This document shows, piece by piece, positions 1 through 9,436 of a stretch of 64,000 nucleotides of DNA (the stretch's first letter is position 1; the number at the start of each line of letters is the position of its first letter). Under the pieces are notes generated by a model that was given only the letters and a program-made list of their open reading frames with translations, ran no database searches and was not told the origin of the DNA. This DNA is from Candidatus Poribacteria bacterium (GTDB taxonomy: Bacteria; Poribacteria; WGA-4E; PCPOR2b), in the NCBI GenBank assembly GCA_965208675.1, contig OZ242351.1:4352001-4416000 (forward strand), read 5' to 3'. Position numbers and translations under genes: made by a program.

Positions 1-721
1 TCTTTTCTATCACGCTACCAAACGTGCGATTCACTACCTTTCGGTCATTGCTGCGATACACGACAAATTGAACCTTAGTGATTTTCATTGGGGAAAACCT
101 GAACTCAATTTTGCCGCCAGCCGGTTTTCCATAGGAGGCCTGAGTCCTATACTCAATCTTTCCGGTTTTAATTCGACCTAAGGTTTCCCACCGTTTTTCG
201 CGCCAAACTCTGAGAAGTCCCGAATAAATGCCAAATTTCGAAGCTGGATACTCGGATGAATCCAGTGTGTAAATCACAATCCGATTGACCCGTTTTGGTT
301 CAGGAAAATGCACTTCAATCCAAGCGCAACCTTGTGATTCCCCGGGTATGTTGTCATCGAACGGATTTAGGAAGGGGTTGTAGCCGTGAATCCGTTCAAA
401 TTGAAATTCCCAACCGTCCCCCTTGTCCCAATTTTCTGAGGAAGAAATACCGTTAATAGCCGTTGCGGCGTCATGTCCTGGGGTAGAGGTTGAAGTTATG
501 GAGTATTCGATGCCGTCGTGAGTGGAATCGATCATGGATTGAACCCTATGTCCGGGTGTTCCCATTGAAGCAATAACTGTGGCGCCGTTTTCTGCGGTTG
601 CATAGTCGAGTAGCTTTTTGTCCCATGCAACTTCCGGTATCACTTGCGAGAGGCAGCCAATCCCACCAACAGATACCAAAAACACAATCCAAATCCTAAC
701 CAAAGCGTATAGGCTTTTCAT
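1..721 (-). CDS. Putative lipoprotein with discoidin/F5-8-like beta-sandwich, 3' end outside the window
   Basis: Manually translated (absent from ORF track): ATG at 721 with GGGAGG RBS; MKSLYALVRIWIVFLVSVGGIGC (lipobox-like Cys); later AWIEVHFPEPKRVNRIVIYT, typical of discoidin-like domains; open to the window edge. Confidence 0.65.
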   Translation of the reverse strand, partial: MKSLYALVRIWIVFLVSVGGIGCLSQVIPEVAWDKKLLDYATAENGATVIASMGTPGHRVQSMIDSTHDGIEYSITSTSTPGHDAATAINGISSSENWDKGDGWEFQFERIHGYNPFLNPFDDNIPGESQGCAWIEVHFPEPKRVNRIVIYTLDSSEYPASKFGIYSGLLRVWREKRWETLGRIKTGKIEYRTQASYGKPAGGKIEFRFSPMKITKVQFVVYRSNDRKVVNRTFGSVIEK

Positions 722-1154
722 GCCAAGCCTCCCTGATATTGGATCGCCGAAGCGGTTATCTCAACAAAACAGTGTTGGAATATTAATATAGGTACTTTGG
801 AATGTCAAGTAAACGTCTGGTGCATGCTGTCTATCTTATAACACTTGGTGTAGGTGAGGACGCGATTTTTGCGGCTTGGTAACTTAGACAAAGCCGCGGT
901 TAGAAAACGTCTGATTACGGCTGTGAGCGATTGAATAGGGGTAGGACACAAAGAGGTTTGACTTAACCTGCGATAGCGGTTTGCCTTTCTACGTAAACTT
1001 CAAAGTGACATCAGACCTCAATAAGGCATTGCCGGAGCTATTTCAAGACAACTGCGATGATAATGGCCGGTTGGACGAAAAATTGAAACGATGGGGAAAA
1101 TTTGGTAGTGATGATTGGGTGTTGCCTTGTCGTGAAATTTTCACTTCAACAAGT

Positions 1155-1787
1155 TTACCCTTTACTCGGTTGGTAGTAGGGATTTGTACCTGCGGCGTGA
1201 TCCGTGGTATCTACGATTTGAGTAATCTCCGGGAATACATCCTTAATCATTGATTCAATCCCGTGCTTCAATGTGACATTCGCCATGCCGCAACCCTGAC
1301 ATCCGCCTCCCATGTGTATGTAGATTGAATCATCCTTGACGTCCAAAAGGTCAATATGCCCGCCGTGCGCTGCCACCGCGGGATTAATCTGTTCGTCAAT
1401 GAGTTCCTGAATCTTTTGAGCTTTGGCGTTATCCCAAGTTGGCGTGTTTGGATTCTCAACATTAAAACCGCTCGAATTCAGGTTTTCCACATAGTCAATG
1501 GTCGCGCCCTTCAGATTTTCAGCGCTCTCCGGATCAATTAAAACCTTGAAGTCGCCGCAGTCAACGACGACATCGTCCGGAGCTGCCTCTTCTTCAAGCC
1601 CTAGCCCGTATTGGAAGGCAGACGCTGTACGTCCTTCAATGGAAATTCGGAGACCTTCAACTTTTGCCTCTTGTCCATCAATAATCGAATTTACCTTTTG
1701 CCTTGCAGCGTCGGTAACCGAGATGGAAAAACCCCCGTCCCCTGCGTCGGGCTGTTTCATCCTTAGCTTATTCAGCAGATTTTTCAT
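1155..1787 (-). CDS. nfuA: Fe-S cluster biogenesis protein NfuA (A-type carrier-like domain + NifU-C domain)
   Basis: N-terminal HesB/IscA-like domain (LKGATIDYVENLNSSGFNVENPN); C-terminal INPAVAAHGG...GGGCQGCGMANVTLK...DTTDHAAGTNPYY. Confidence 0.9.
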   Translation of the reverse strand: MKNLLNKLRMKQPDAGDGGFSISVTDAARQKVNSIIDGQEAKVEGLRISIEGRTASAFQYGLGLEEEAAPDDVVVDCGDFKVLIDPESAENLKGATIDYVENLNSSGFNVENPNTPTWDNAKAQKIQELIDEQINPAVAAHGGHIDLLDVKDDSIYIHMGGGCQGCGMANVTLKHGIESMIKDVFPEITQIVDTTDHAAGTNPYYQPSKG

Positions 1788-1913
1788 TGTCTTTGAAACA
1801 TTCCGTAGAGAATGCTCTCTCCTTTCGTAGTATGGGAAGTCAAATTTAAAACATGCCGCGGCGCGAAAGCGAATTCCTTCCCGGTAAACCAGTGGTTTTC
1901 GATGGCTGAATTG

Positions 1914-2879
1914 CTACGCTGCAGATCTACACAGGGGTTTGGCCAGCAAACGAAGTTCGCCGTTTTCGTCATACAAACGCTGAAGCCGGGCGATAGCTTC
2001 CGCTTCCAATTGGCGAATGCGCTCTCGTGTAACGTTTAGTTTCTCTCCGATTTCAAGTAAGGTCCTCTCCTCACCATCTTCAAGGCCGAACCTCATTCGT
2101 AGAACGGCTCGCTCTCTTGCCTTTAATTTGCCAAGCAGCGAATCCACTAAATCTCGATCAATCAGTTCTGAAATCAACCCAACCTCCGGGTTTGCCTCCG
2201 AGTCTTCGATCAAATCTCCCAAACTATTCGCGTCTCTTTCATCGGTCAGAGGCAACTCTAACGACAGAATCTCCGAGTTGAATTCGAGAATTTCTTCGAT
2301 CTGTTTATCGGTAAATTCAAGTGATTTGGATAATTCTTCAACTGTTGGCTCCCGTTGCAAATCCTGACTCAGGTTCGCATAAGTCGAGTCAATTTTATTG
2401 ACTTTCGCAACGATATAGGAAGGCAGCCGAATTGAACGAGAACAATTATCTAGCGTTCTCATTATGGCTTGTCTAATCCACCAAATGGCATATGTACTAA
2501 ACTTAAAGCCTTTACGGTAATCGAATTTATTTACCGCTTTCATTAATCCAATATTACCCTCTTGAATGAGATCTTCCAAGGGAACATTGTGCCCTTGGTA
2601 TTTTAGCGCTACGGAAATTACTAACCGCAAGTTTGCCTGAATCAATTCACTACGAGCTGACTCATCCGCTTCTTCAATTCGTTTGGCAAGCTCTATTTCT
2701 TCTTCCCGGGATAAAAGTTCATGATGCGACGCTTCGCGCAACCAGCTACTTAGCGCATCAACCTGAGTGCTGCTCGATTCATCGTCTGCTAACGCGGTTA
2801 TCCATTCCTCGTCGCCCTCCACATACGCTTCTTCTGCCTCCTCAACCAAGGTCTTTCCCCGGACATTATTTTCGGTCAT
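1914..2879 (-). CDS. Alternative RNA polymerase sigma-70 family factor (RpoD/RpoS-like, no region 1.1)
   Basis: LLSREEEIELAKRI, ANLRLVISVA, DLIQEGNIGLMKAVNKFDYRKGFKFSTYAIWWIRQAI, region 4 RTLLEIGEKLNVTRERIRQLE; ATG 2879 preferred (TTG 2897 alternative). Confidence 0.9.
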   Translation of the reverse strand: MTENNVRGKTLVEEAEEAYVEGDEEWITALADDESSSTQVDALSSWLREASHHELLSREEEIELAKRIEEADESARSELIQANLRLVISVALKYQGHNVPLEDLIQEGNIGLMKAVNKFDYRKGFKFSTYAIWWIRQAIMRTLDNCSRSIRLPSYIVAKVNKIDSTYANLSQDLQREPTVEELSKSLEFTDKQIEEILEFNSEILSLELPLTDERDANSLGDLIEDSEANPEVGLISELIDRDLVDSLLGKLKARERAVLRMRFGLEDGEERTLLEIGEKLNVTRERIRQLEAEAIARLQRLYDENGELRLLAKPLCRSAA

Positions 2880-2955
2880 TTCCTTTATTCCCCTCAATCC
2901 GATTTCCGCTCCATTTGAGTATTTTCCATGATCTGCTTCTCACCTAAACGCAGGA

Positions 2956-3040
2956 ATAATATCATCTTATCTAAGTTTAGTCAAGTAAATAACTTAAAAA
3001 ATCATTTTAACTTGTAAATTTTGACTTTTGTTGATATAAT
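2956..3040. promoter_or_regulatory. Back-to-back sigma70-type promoters for the sigma gene and the SufR-like gene
   Basis: Minus: TTGACT(2984-2979)-17-TATTAT(2961-2956); plus: TTGTAA(3012-3017)-17-TATAAT(3035-3040); AT-rich region bounded by AGTCAA...TTGACT inverted repeat (2979-3026). Confidence 0.55.
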
Positions 3041-3067
3041 CTAAATACGTAAATTGAAGGAGGTGCC

Positions 3068-3703
3068 ATGGTGAAATCGCTACCGAAGGAAACACGGGGA
3101 GAGATTGTTTCTCTATTGAAAAAGAGCGATGGTATGACTGCGGGCGAAATCGCTACGAAATTAGACCTCCATTCAATGACGGTTCGTCAGCATCTAACCG
3201 TTCTGGAGCGCGAGGGTTATATCCAATACAACCGAGAGAAAATCGGGCGGGGTAGGCCGACGTATGTATATCGCTTAGCAGAAGGGGCTGAAAGGTTATT
3301 TCCTAGCAACTATCCGCGATTCACGATGGGTATCTTGGATGCATTAGTTATGGTGGATGGTGCAGAGAAGGTCGACCAGATTCTTGCTTACGACATGGAA
3401 GCAAAGATTTCAACACACTTTAAAAACATTGAGGAAAAGAGTTTAGAACGAAGGGTCGAAATGCTCGTGGATTTCTTGAATGAGGAGGGCTACATGGTTG
3501 AGGTTGAAGAAACGCCAACGGCTTTCATCATGAAAGAGCATAATTGTGCGCTCGGTTCGGTGGTTGAAAAGTACAATCAGCTCTGTCAGCAAGAACTGTC
3601 TCTTTTCGAAAGGTTACTCAGTGTTCCGGTTGAACGGCAATGCCACATGGTTACGGGCGATCACCTCTGCAGCTATAAGATTTCCAAAGTGGGCAACGCA
3701 TAG
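3068..3703 (+). CDS. sufR: SufR-like HTH transcriptional regulator with Cys-rich C-terminus
   Basis: N-terminal HTH (TVRQHLTVLEREG...GRGRPTYVYRL); EHNC-x12-C...C spacing as in Fe-S-binding SufR; nfuA nearby. Confidence 0.7.
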   Translation: MVKSLPKETRGEIVSLLKKSDGMTAGEIATKLDLHSMTVRQHLTVLEREGYIQYNREKIGRGRPTYVYRLAEGAERLFPSNYPRFTMGILDALVMVDGAEKVDQILAYDMEAKISTHFKNIEEKSLERRVEMLVDFLNEEGYMVEVEETPTAFIMKEHNCALGSVVEKYNQLCQQELSLFERLLSVPVERQCHMVTGDHLCSYKISKVGNA

Positions 3704-3768
3704 CGTGCGTGAAAACTACAAACTATACATCGCTCCGTCCACACTCCAATCTTCCAAGGATTATTCTC

Positions 3769-4938
3769 TTACCCCAGCGCTTTGCGAATCCGAGCAAGCG
3801 CCTCTTCCAATCGTAAATCGGGAACCGTCAGTGCGACCCGAAAATAGCCTTCACCAAACTCACCGTAGGCTGAACCAGCCGTAATGACAACTGCGGCTTT
3901 CTCAAAGATAAACGTCGCAAAGTCGATCGAATTCATCTCCTTTGGAGTCGGCAACCAGAGGTAAAATGTCCCCTTTGGCGGCGCGTAGCTATCCGGGACA
4001 ATATCCTTGAAGGTATGCAGGATTTTCTCACGGCGCCGCGCATATATTTGCAACATTTGCCCGATGTTATCCTGGCATTGGGACAACGCCGCAATTCCAG
4101 CATATTGAATAGCGTTAAAGACCCCAGAATCGGTATTTTCCTTGACCTTGGCAATTCCAGAAATGAGTTCTTCGTTGCCCATCGCCATACCGATTCGCCA
4201 GCCGGTCATGTTGAACGGTTTCGACAGTGAGTTGAGTTCAACCCCCACATCTATTGCGCCCGGAGTCGATAGAAAACTCAGCGGCTCAGCATCGTCAAAC
4301 ACGATTTCGCTGTACGGATTATCGTGGCAAATTGCAATTTCGTATGTTTTTGCAAATTCGACGACCTCGGCGAAGAATTCTGGCGTTGCGATTGCGCCGG
4401 TAGGATTGTTCGGGTAATTCAGGAACATCGCCGTCGAGCGTTTAGCTGCATCTGGCGGGATTTCTGCTAGCCTTGGAAGAAACCCGTTGTCTACGGTAAT
4501 AGGCACATTATACGGCTCGGCTTCCGCCATCAAAATGCTCGCGCGGTAAGCCGGATACCCTGGATCTGTCATCAACACCGTATCGCCGGGATTAACAACA
4601 GCCAAAATAAAATGATGGCATCCCTCCTTAGAGCCGATTAAGCCCAACACTTCGCGTTCCGGGTCTAAATCAGTGTTGTATCTGGCCGTATACCAATCTG
4701 CGACGGCTTCCCGATACGCAAACATTCCTTTTTCTTCGTCCGTTGGATAACGGTGGTTAGCTGCTTCTGCAGCCGATCGATTGAGTGCGTCAATGACCGG
4801 TTGGGGCGTTGGTTCAACCGGATCCCCGACCGCGAGGCTGATGACATCAATTCCCTCGGCTTTTGCCTTGTTGATTTTGTTGCGCAATTCCATGAACAGA
4901 TAAGGCGGAATCCTCTTTAAACGGTTCGCAATCTGCAT
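3769..4938 (-). CDS. dapL: LL-diaminopimelate aminotransferase-like class I/II PLP aminotransferase
   Basis: MQIANRLKRIPPYLF, LIGSKEG, NYPNNPTGA, SLSKPFNMTGWRIG (PLP lysine). Confidence 0.75.
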   Translation of the reverse strand: MQIANRLKRIPPYLFMELRNKINKAKAEGIDVISLAVGDPVEPTPQPVIDALNRSAAEAANHRYPTDEEKGMFAYREAVADWYTARYNTDLDPEREVLGLIGSKEGCHHFILAVVNPGDTVLMTDPGYPAYRASILMAEAEPYNVPITVDNGFLPRLAEIPPDAAKRSTAMFLNYPNNPTGAIATPEFFAEVVEFAKTYEIAICHDNPYSEIVFDDAEPLSFLSTPGAIDVGVELNSLSKPFNMTGWRIGMAMGNEELISGIAKVKENTDSGVFNAIQYAGIAALSQCQDNIGQMLQIYARRREKILHTFKDIVPDSYAPPKGTFYLWLPTPKEMNSIDFATFIFEKAAVVITAGSAYGEFGEGYFRVALTVPDLRLEEALARIRKALG

Positions 4939-5115
4939 ATTTTCTCCCAGACGTTTGTTGAATTTGGTGTTATGAAATGTTTTTTTTGCCGATTTTACTT
5001 GCTTTTGACAATTAATACGCCGGATTTTTTGCAAAATAAAACTTCACGGCATGTCGAAGTGTATTTTAAGGGAAAGGTCGTGCGTTCTCTTGCATCTGCC
5101 CCTGCGAGGCTGACA

Positions 5116-5958
5116 TCAAATGTCTACGAATTCGGCTTCCACGGAATTTTTGATGATTCCAGATTTATAGCCGCGGCGCAGCAATTCTTTGACGCCGGCT
5201 CTGCCCTTCTCGCCGTAGTCAAGGGTGTAGTCGTTGACATACATACCGACAAATCGATCCGTAAGTTTAGTTTCCATATCACGTGCAAAGGTCATTGCAT
5301 ACGCCAATCCCTGTTCGCGATGTTCCAGCGCGTATTGGATGCTCTGCTTAAGGAGCGATGTAATCTGTTGGATGTCCTCGTCCCCGATATTTCGGCGGAT
5401 TGCATTAGCGCCCAGCGGAAGCGGCAACCCGGTTTCCTCGAACCACCATTCCCCCAGATCTGCAACTTTGCACAATCCTTCGCGTGAATACGTCAGTTGG
5501 CCCTCGTGTATGATCAAACCGGCATCGGCACGTCCGTCTTGGACAAATTCCAATATTTGGTCGAATCGGACTACTTCGGGTTGGAAGTCCGGTTGGAAAA
5601 GACGCATCGTCAGATAGGCTGTTGTCATCTTGCCGGGAATCGCGACTTTTTTGCCGGCAAGTTCACCTCTCGACATGGGTTCTCTAGAGACGACTAGCGG
5701 ACCGTACTGGTCGCCGATGCTTGCGCCGCAGGGCGTCAAAACGTAGTGTTCTGCGACGTAAGCGTAAGCGTGAACAGAAATCGCCGTAACCTCCAATTCC
5801 GCATTGAGCGCACGGCGGTTTAAGCTCTCAATGTCTTCAATAACGTGCACAATCTCAAGATTGTTGGTAGGGATAAGTCCTTCGGCGAGGGCATAAAACA
5901 TGAAGGCATCATCGGAATCAGGGCTGTGACCAATTCGAATTTTTTCAGTTTGCTGCAT
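5116..5958 (-). CDS. mqnD: 1,4-dihydroxy-6-naphthoate synthase (futalosine menaquinone pathway)
   Basis: GHSPDSDDAFMFYAL, GLIIHEGQLTY, DLGEWW..ETGLPLPLG, FVGMYVN motifs. Confidence 0.85.
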   Translation of the reverse strand: MQQTEKIRIGHSPDSDDAFMFYALAEGLIPTNNLEIVHVIEDIESLNRRALNAELEVTAISVHAYAYVAEHYVLTPCGASIGDQYGPLVVSREPMSRGELAGKKVAIPGKMTTAYLTMRLFQPDFQPEVVRFDQILEFVQDGRADAGLIIHEGQLTYSREGLCKVADLGEWWFEETGLPLPLGANAIRRNIGDEDIQQITSLLKQSIQYALEHREQGLAYAMTFARDMETKLTDRFVGMYVNDYTLDYGEKGRAGVKELLRRGYKSGIIKNSVEAEFVDI

Positions 5959-6214
5959 GTCTTCTCCGATTAAACTCCAGAAAGTCAGGAAATTTCGTAA
6001 TATTCGTGACGTTAACGTTCGAAAATCCGGGCTGATTATAGCAGACGGAGACATTTGTGTCAAGACCTAACCGGGCGGGAACGTAGTCCGGGATGCTTAG
6101 CATTGACAGTATCTATTTGGATATGCCAAAATATAAATTATTGACACAGCTTTCGGCGTTATTTTCCGATTAAACGCCGCACATCGAGTAAAGGACAGGT
6201 AGGTAAGAGGTTGA

Positions 6215-6784
6215 ATGAAAATCTACACAAAAACCGGTGACACAGGCGATACAGGACTTTATGGCGGCCAGCGGATCTCCAAGGACGCCAAGCGGGTAGA
6301 GGCGTTCGGCACGATTGATGAAATCAATGCTTGCATAGGGTTCGCGGAATCGCAGATTGAAGACGAGGAAACCTGTACAATCCTGGCTGGCATCCAGAAT
6401 GATCTCTTCGATCTCGGCGCAGATCTCGCGACGCCGAATGCACACCGAAGAGCGGAAGGTCTGAGAATTACTTCAGATTTGACGGTTTCATTGGAGCAAA
6501 TGATAGATAGATTTCAAGAAATACTTCCGCCTATGAGGCATTTTATTTTACCGGGCGGGACCGAGGGCGCCGCCGTGCTGCACCTCGCTCGAACGGTGTG
6601 CCGGCGCGGTGAGCGCTGCGTTGTCAACCTTGCAAAAACGGAATCAGTTAACCCGGAAATCTTGCGGTACTTGAACCGGCTTTCAGATTTTCTGTTTGTG
6701 CTTGCCCGCCTCGTAAACCACCGCAGCGGGATTCCTGAACCAGTTTGGCGTTCTCGGTTAGAGCGAGTTGAAGAGGACTCGTGA
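6215..6784 (+). CDS. pduO: ATP:cob(I)alamin adenosyltransferase, PduO type
   Basis: MKIYTKTGDTGDT, GTIDEIN, QNDLFDLGADLA, FILPGG, RTVCRRGER, YLNRLSDFLF. Confidence 0.92.
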   Translation: MKIYTKTGDTGDTGLYGGQRISKDAKRVEAFGTIDEINACIGFAESQIEDEETCTILAGIQNDLFDLGADLATPNAHRRAEGLRITSDLTVSLEQMIDRFQEILPPMRHFILPGGTEGAAVLHLARTVCRRGERCVVNLAKTESVNPEILRYLNRLSDFLFVLARLVNHRSGIPEPVWRSRLERVEEDS

Positions 6785-6864
6785 GTATTGTTTAATCGTT
6801 GGCAGTATGGGCGCCGTTCTGACCGAGGCGAATTTACCGAAATTCCGGCATGTAAAGCATTGGT

Positions 6865-7578
6865 TCACCCACTCTTCAACAGCCCCGATAATTCCACAAT
6901 TTTGGATAGTTCGAGGACAGTCTGCGGTGCCGAAATTTCTTCTCCAGCAAGCTGCATAGCAAAAAGGTGGTCGCATAAGCGTTGCAATCCTTCTGGATTA
7001 TCCACGTCATACCACGGCGGCAGCAGTTCCAAGCGCGCATTGACGGCTTTGGTCCTTTCTAGAGTCTGTCGGAAAACTACGTCCGTACTCCATGAAACAT
7101 CCTGAAAGACTTTGGGGATCGCCAACGATGCTCCGTGGGCGGAAAACCCAATCAGGTAGTACCCACCATCCATACTCGGTCCAATAACCACATCGCAGGA
7201 ATCCAACAACTTGAACGCGCGCTCTACATACTGGAGCGGCAACGTTGGACTGTCGGTACCCACCAACAGCAATTTTGAATAGTTTTGACTGGACGCCCAT
7301 TGAACAGCGGAGATTAGGCGTTCGCCAAGATTCGATCCAACTTGGGAGACATAAATTGCCTCTAAGCCAATCAGATTTTTCATAGGAATCAGGCTGTCAG
7401 GCGGAGTGTAGGCGATAACAAGCTGCGCGGCAGCAATTTTGTGGAGCGCATTGCACCAATCGACAAGAAATGCACGGTATAATGATGCTGCTCGTTCTGG
7501 CGGCAGGAAGGGAATCAGACGAGTTTTTACTTCGTTGGGAACTGGATTTTTGGCGAAGACAATTATACAATTTGCCAA
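6865..7578 (-). CDS. DUF2064 / TIGR04282-family glycosyltransferase-like protein
   Basis: IVFAKNPVPNEVKTRL, QVGSNLGERL, GTDSPTLP, VVIGPSMDGGYYLIG, WYDVD. Confidence 0.85.
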   Translation of the reverse strand: MANCIIVFAKNPVPNEVKTRLIPFLPPERAASLYRAFLVDWCNALHKIAAAQLVIAYTPPDSLIPMKNLIGLEAIYVSQVGSNLGERLISAVQWASSQNYSKLLLVGTDSPTLPLQYVERAFKLLDSCDVVIGPSMDGGYYLIGFSAHGASLAIPKVFQDVSWSTDVVFRQTLERTKAVNARLELLPPWYDVDNPEGLQRLCDHLFAMQLAGEEISAPQTVLELSKIVELSGLLKSG

Positions 7579-7630
7579 AATTCGTCTCTACGCGAGATGG
7601 TTCAAAAGTTAGCGGGTGCAACGAAGTGAA

Positions 7631-8551
7631 TCAGCCGCCCAAAAAAGAAAAAGTGGTTCTCAAAACCATCGCAACGCAGGCTATGATAACAGCGAGCATG
7701 GCGATGCGGCCTCCCTTCAACGCGCCGCCGCGGGAATTAATATGAAATTTTGCCCCGATTCCGGTGACGATGGCGAGCAGAGACAACCCATACCCGACAT
7801 TCCATTGGAGTTGGAAGTTGGCGGCCAACAGAGAAATTAACGCAAAACCCAAGCTGACTTTGGCAAATACGCTGATTCGGACTGCCGACTCCTCCTGACT
7901 GCTCGTATTTGAAGCCGCCGCGGCGTCCGGTTGTTGATTGCGGCGGCGAGGGGGAGGCACTTCGCGATAGGTTGATTCGGCCAGACGGATGAACTCAGCC
8001 ATTAATTTTCGCGCTTTCAGCCACTGAAAAAGTTGGAAATATTCGTGCCGAAGGAGCATTGAGAATTCTTGACGTTGGGCACTGAGATCGATAAACTCGT
8101 CCCATCGGCTCTCCTCTATTACCCCATAGGGTTCTGGACCGACTTGCAACTCGTATCCCCGGCCCGGGTAATGAATAATCCTGCCAATGCCTTCACGTTC
8201 GGCAATGGTAACCTCTTCAAACACGGCTGGTGCGGCTTTTGGCGGCTCGTTCAAAGTCGGAGGGTTAGGATGGTTAAGTGGGGGAACCTTCGCTGTTTCA
8301 CGTTCAGCGTGTTCCTCATTAGCGATTGCCAAGTTGATTTCGCTTACAATTTCTAATGCTTCGACTTGATCACCACGAGAAACGGAAAGTATAATTTGGC
8401 GTTTTCCGTCCGCGTCTCTCTCGCGTGTGGGTCGGCACTGGATGTGCTGATTCTTAAGTGTAGTCTGAACCAAATTGGATTCCCACTCATCGGTCGTGCG
8501 ATAGATTTCGACCCAATCGACTGTACTGAAGAGTGAATCGTCGTGAGGCAC
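7631..8551 (-). CDS. Hypothetical membrane protein (DUF2007-like N-terminus, C-terminal TM helices)
   Basis: 306-aa ORF with AAGGAG RBS; WVEIYRTTDEWESNLVQTTL start; three hydrophobic segments at the C-terminus. Confidence 0.65.
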   Translation of the reverse strand: MPHDDSLFSTVDWVEIYRTTDEWESNLVQTTLKNQHIQCRPTRERDADGKRQIILSVSRGDQVEALEIVSEINLAIANEEHAERETAKVPPLNHPNPPTLNEPPKAAPAVFEEVTIAEREGIGRIIHYPGRGYELQVGPEPYGVIEESRWDEFIDLSAQRQEFSMLLRHEYFQLFQWLKARKLMAEFIRLAESTYREVPPPRRRNQQPDAAAASNTSSQEESAVRISVFAKVSLGFALISLLAANFQLQWNVGYGLSLLAIVTGIGAKFHINSRGGALKGGRIAMLAVIIACVAMVLRTTFSFLGG

Positions 8552-8759
8552 ACGTTCTCCTTTGCCGATTGCGGTTTAGTCAGCCGCTCCCGGTTTTAAA
8601 CCTGCTAGATTCATCTCGCTGCAAAATCGAACCTAATTCAGATTTTATCACGATTCAAAATTGATGTCAACGGGTGCAATCCTTCTTCCAAGACGGCGTA
8701 TTAAGGCTTCCCAGCACGCCTTTGTGGAAACCGTTGCAGTGCGGCATTCGTATTTATTC

Positions 8760-8788
8760 TTGCATTCACTGGGAAAATAGTGTATAAT
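8760..8788 (+). promoter_or_regulatory. sigma70 promoter of the cold-shock gene
   Basis: TTGCAT-17-TATAAT, ~170 nt upstream of the ATG. Confidence 0.55.
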
Positions 8789-8961
8789 GTGCGCGCTAAC
8801 TGTTGAATGGTTAAACTTAGCATTGTAAGTAAGTAAGTAGTATGAGGGGCAAAACTGAAGCATCTTCCCCAGATTCGCTGTCTTTTTGTACCTCTATGCT
8901 TCTTCAGCTTCATGCGACATTTGCAGTATAGAATCTTACAGAAGAAAGGAGGTGCAACTCG

Positions 8962-9162
8962 ATGGCAAGAGGTCAAGTGAAATGGTTCAATGACCAAAAA
9001 GGTTATGGATTCATAACCACTGATGAGGGGGAAGATGTGTTTGTGCATTATTCCGCCATTGAAGGATCCGGCTTCAAATCTCTTCAAGAGGGACAAGAGG
9101 TCGAGTTCAAAATTGTAAGCGGCCCCAAGGGCTTTCAGGCAGAAGAAGTGATGAAGGTTTAA
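8962..9162 (+). CDS. cspA: Cold-shock protein (CspA family)
   Basis: [37 protein letters not shown]; AAGGAGGT RBS. Confidence 0.95.
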   Translation: MARGQVKWFNDQKGYGFITTDEGEDVFVHYSAIEGSGFKSLQEGQEVEFKIVSGPKGFQAEEVMKV

Positions 9163-9210
9163 TGTGGTAAAGCACAAAACCTGATTCACGATTCTCAAAA
9201 TTTTGTACCG

Positions 9211-9243
9211 AAAGGCTCCCAAGTTTTTGGGAGCCTTTTTTTT
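9211..9243 (+). terminator. Intrinsic terminator
   Basis: AAAGGCTCCCA-agtttt-TGGGAGCCTTT followed by a T run. Confidence 0.8.
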
Positions 9244-9436
9244 GATTGCGGGCAAACGACCGTAGCAATCAATGGTTTTTTGGTCGTAGATGTTATCGAG
9301 ATTTGCTATAATGCAGGGCGAGTGGCCTTTACCAAGAGTATCAAGAAATTTTACGCTGATGAGATGTCACTGTATTTTAACGGTGATGCTGCAAGTTTTC
9401 GGTAATAGCAGTAATTAACGCGTTCTAACAGTACAA

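Noticed and set aside
981-1253. 90-aa plus-strand ORF
   Set aside because: TTG start, overlaps the nfuA 3' end, no RBS or recognisable motif
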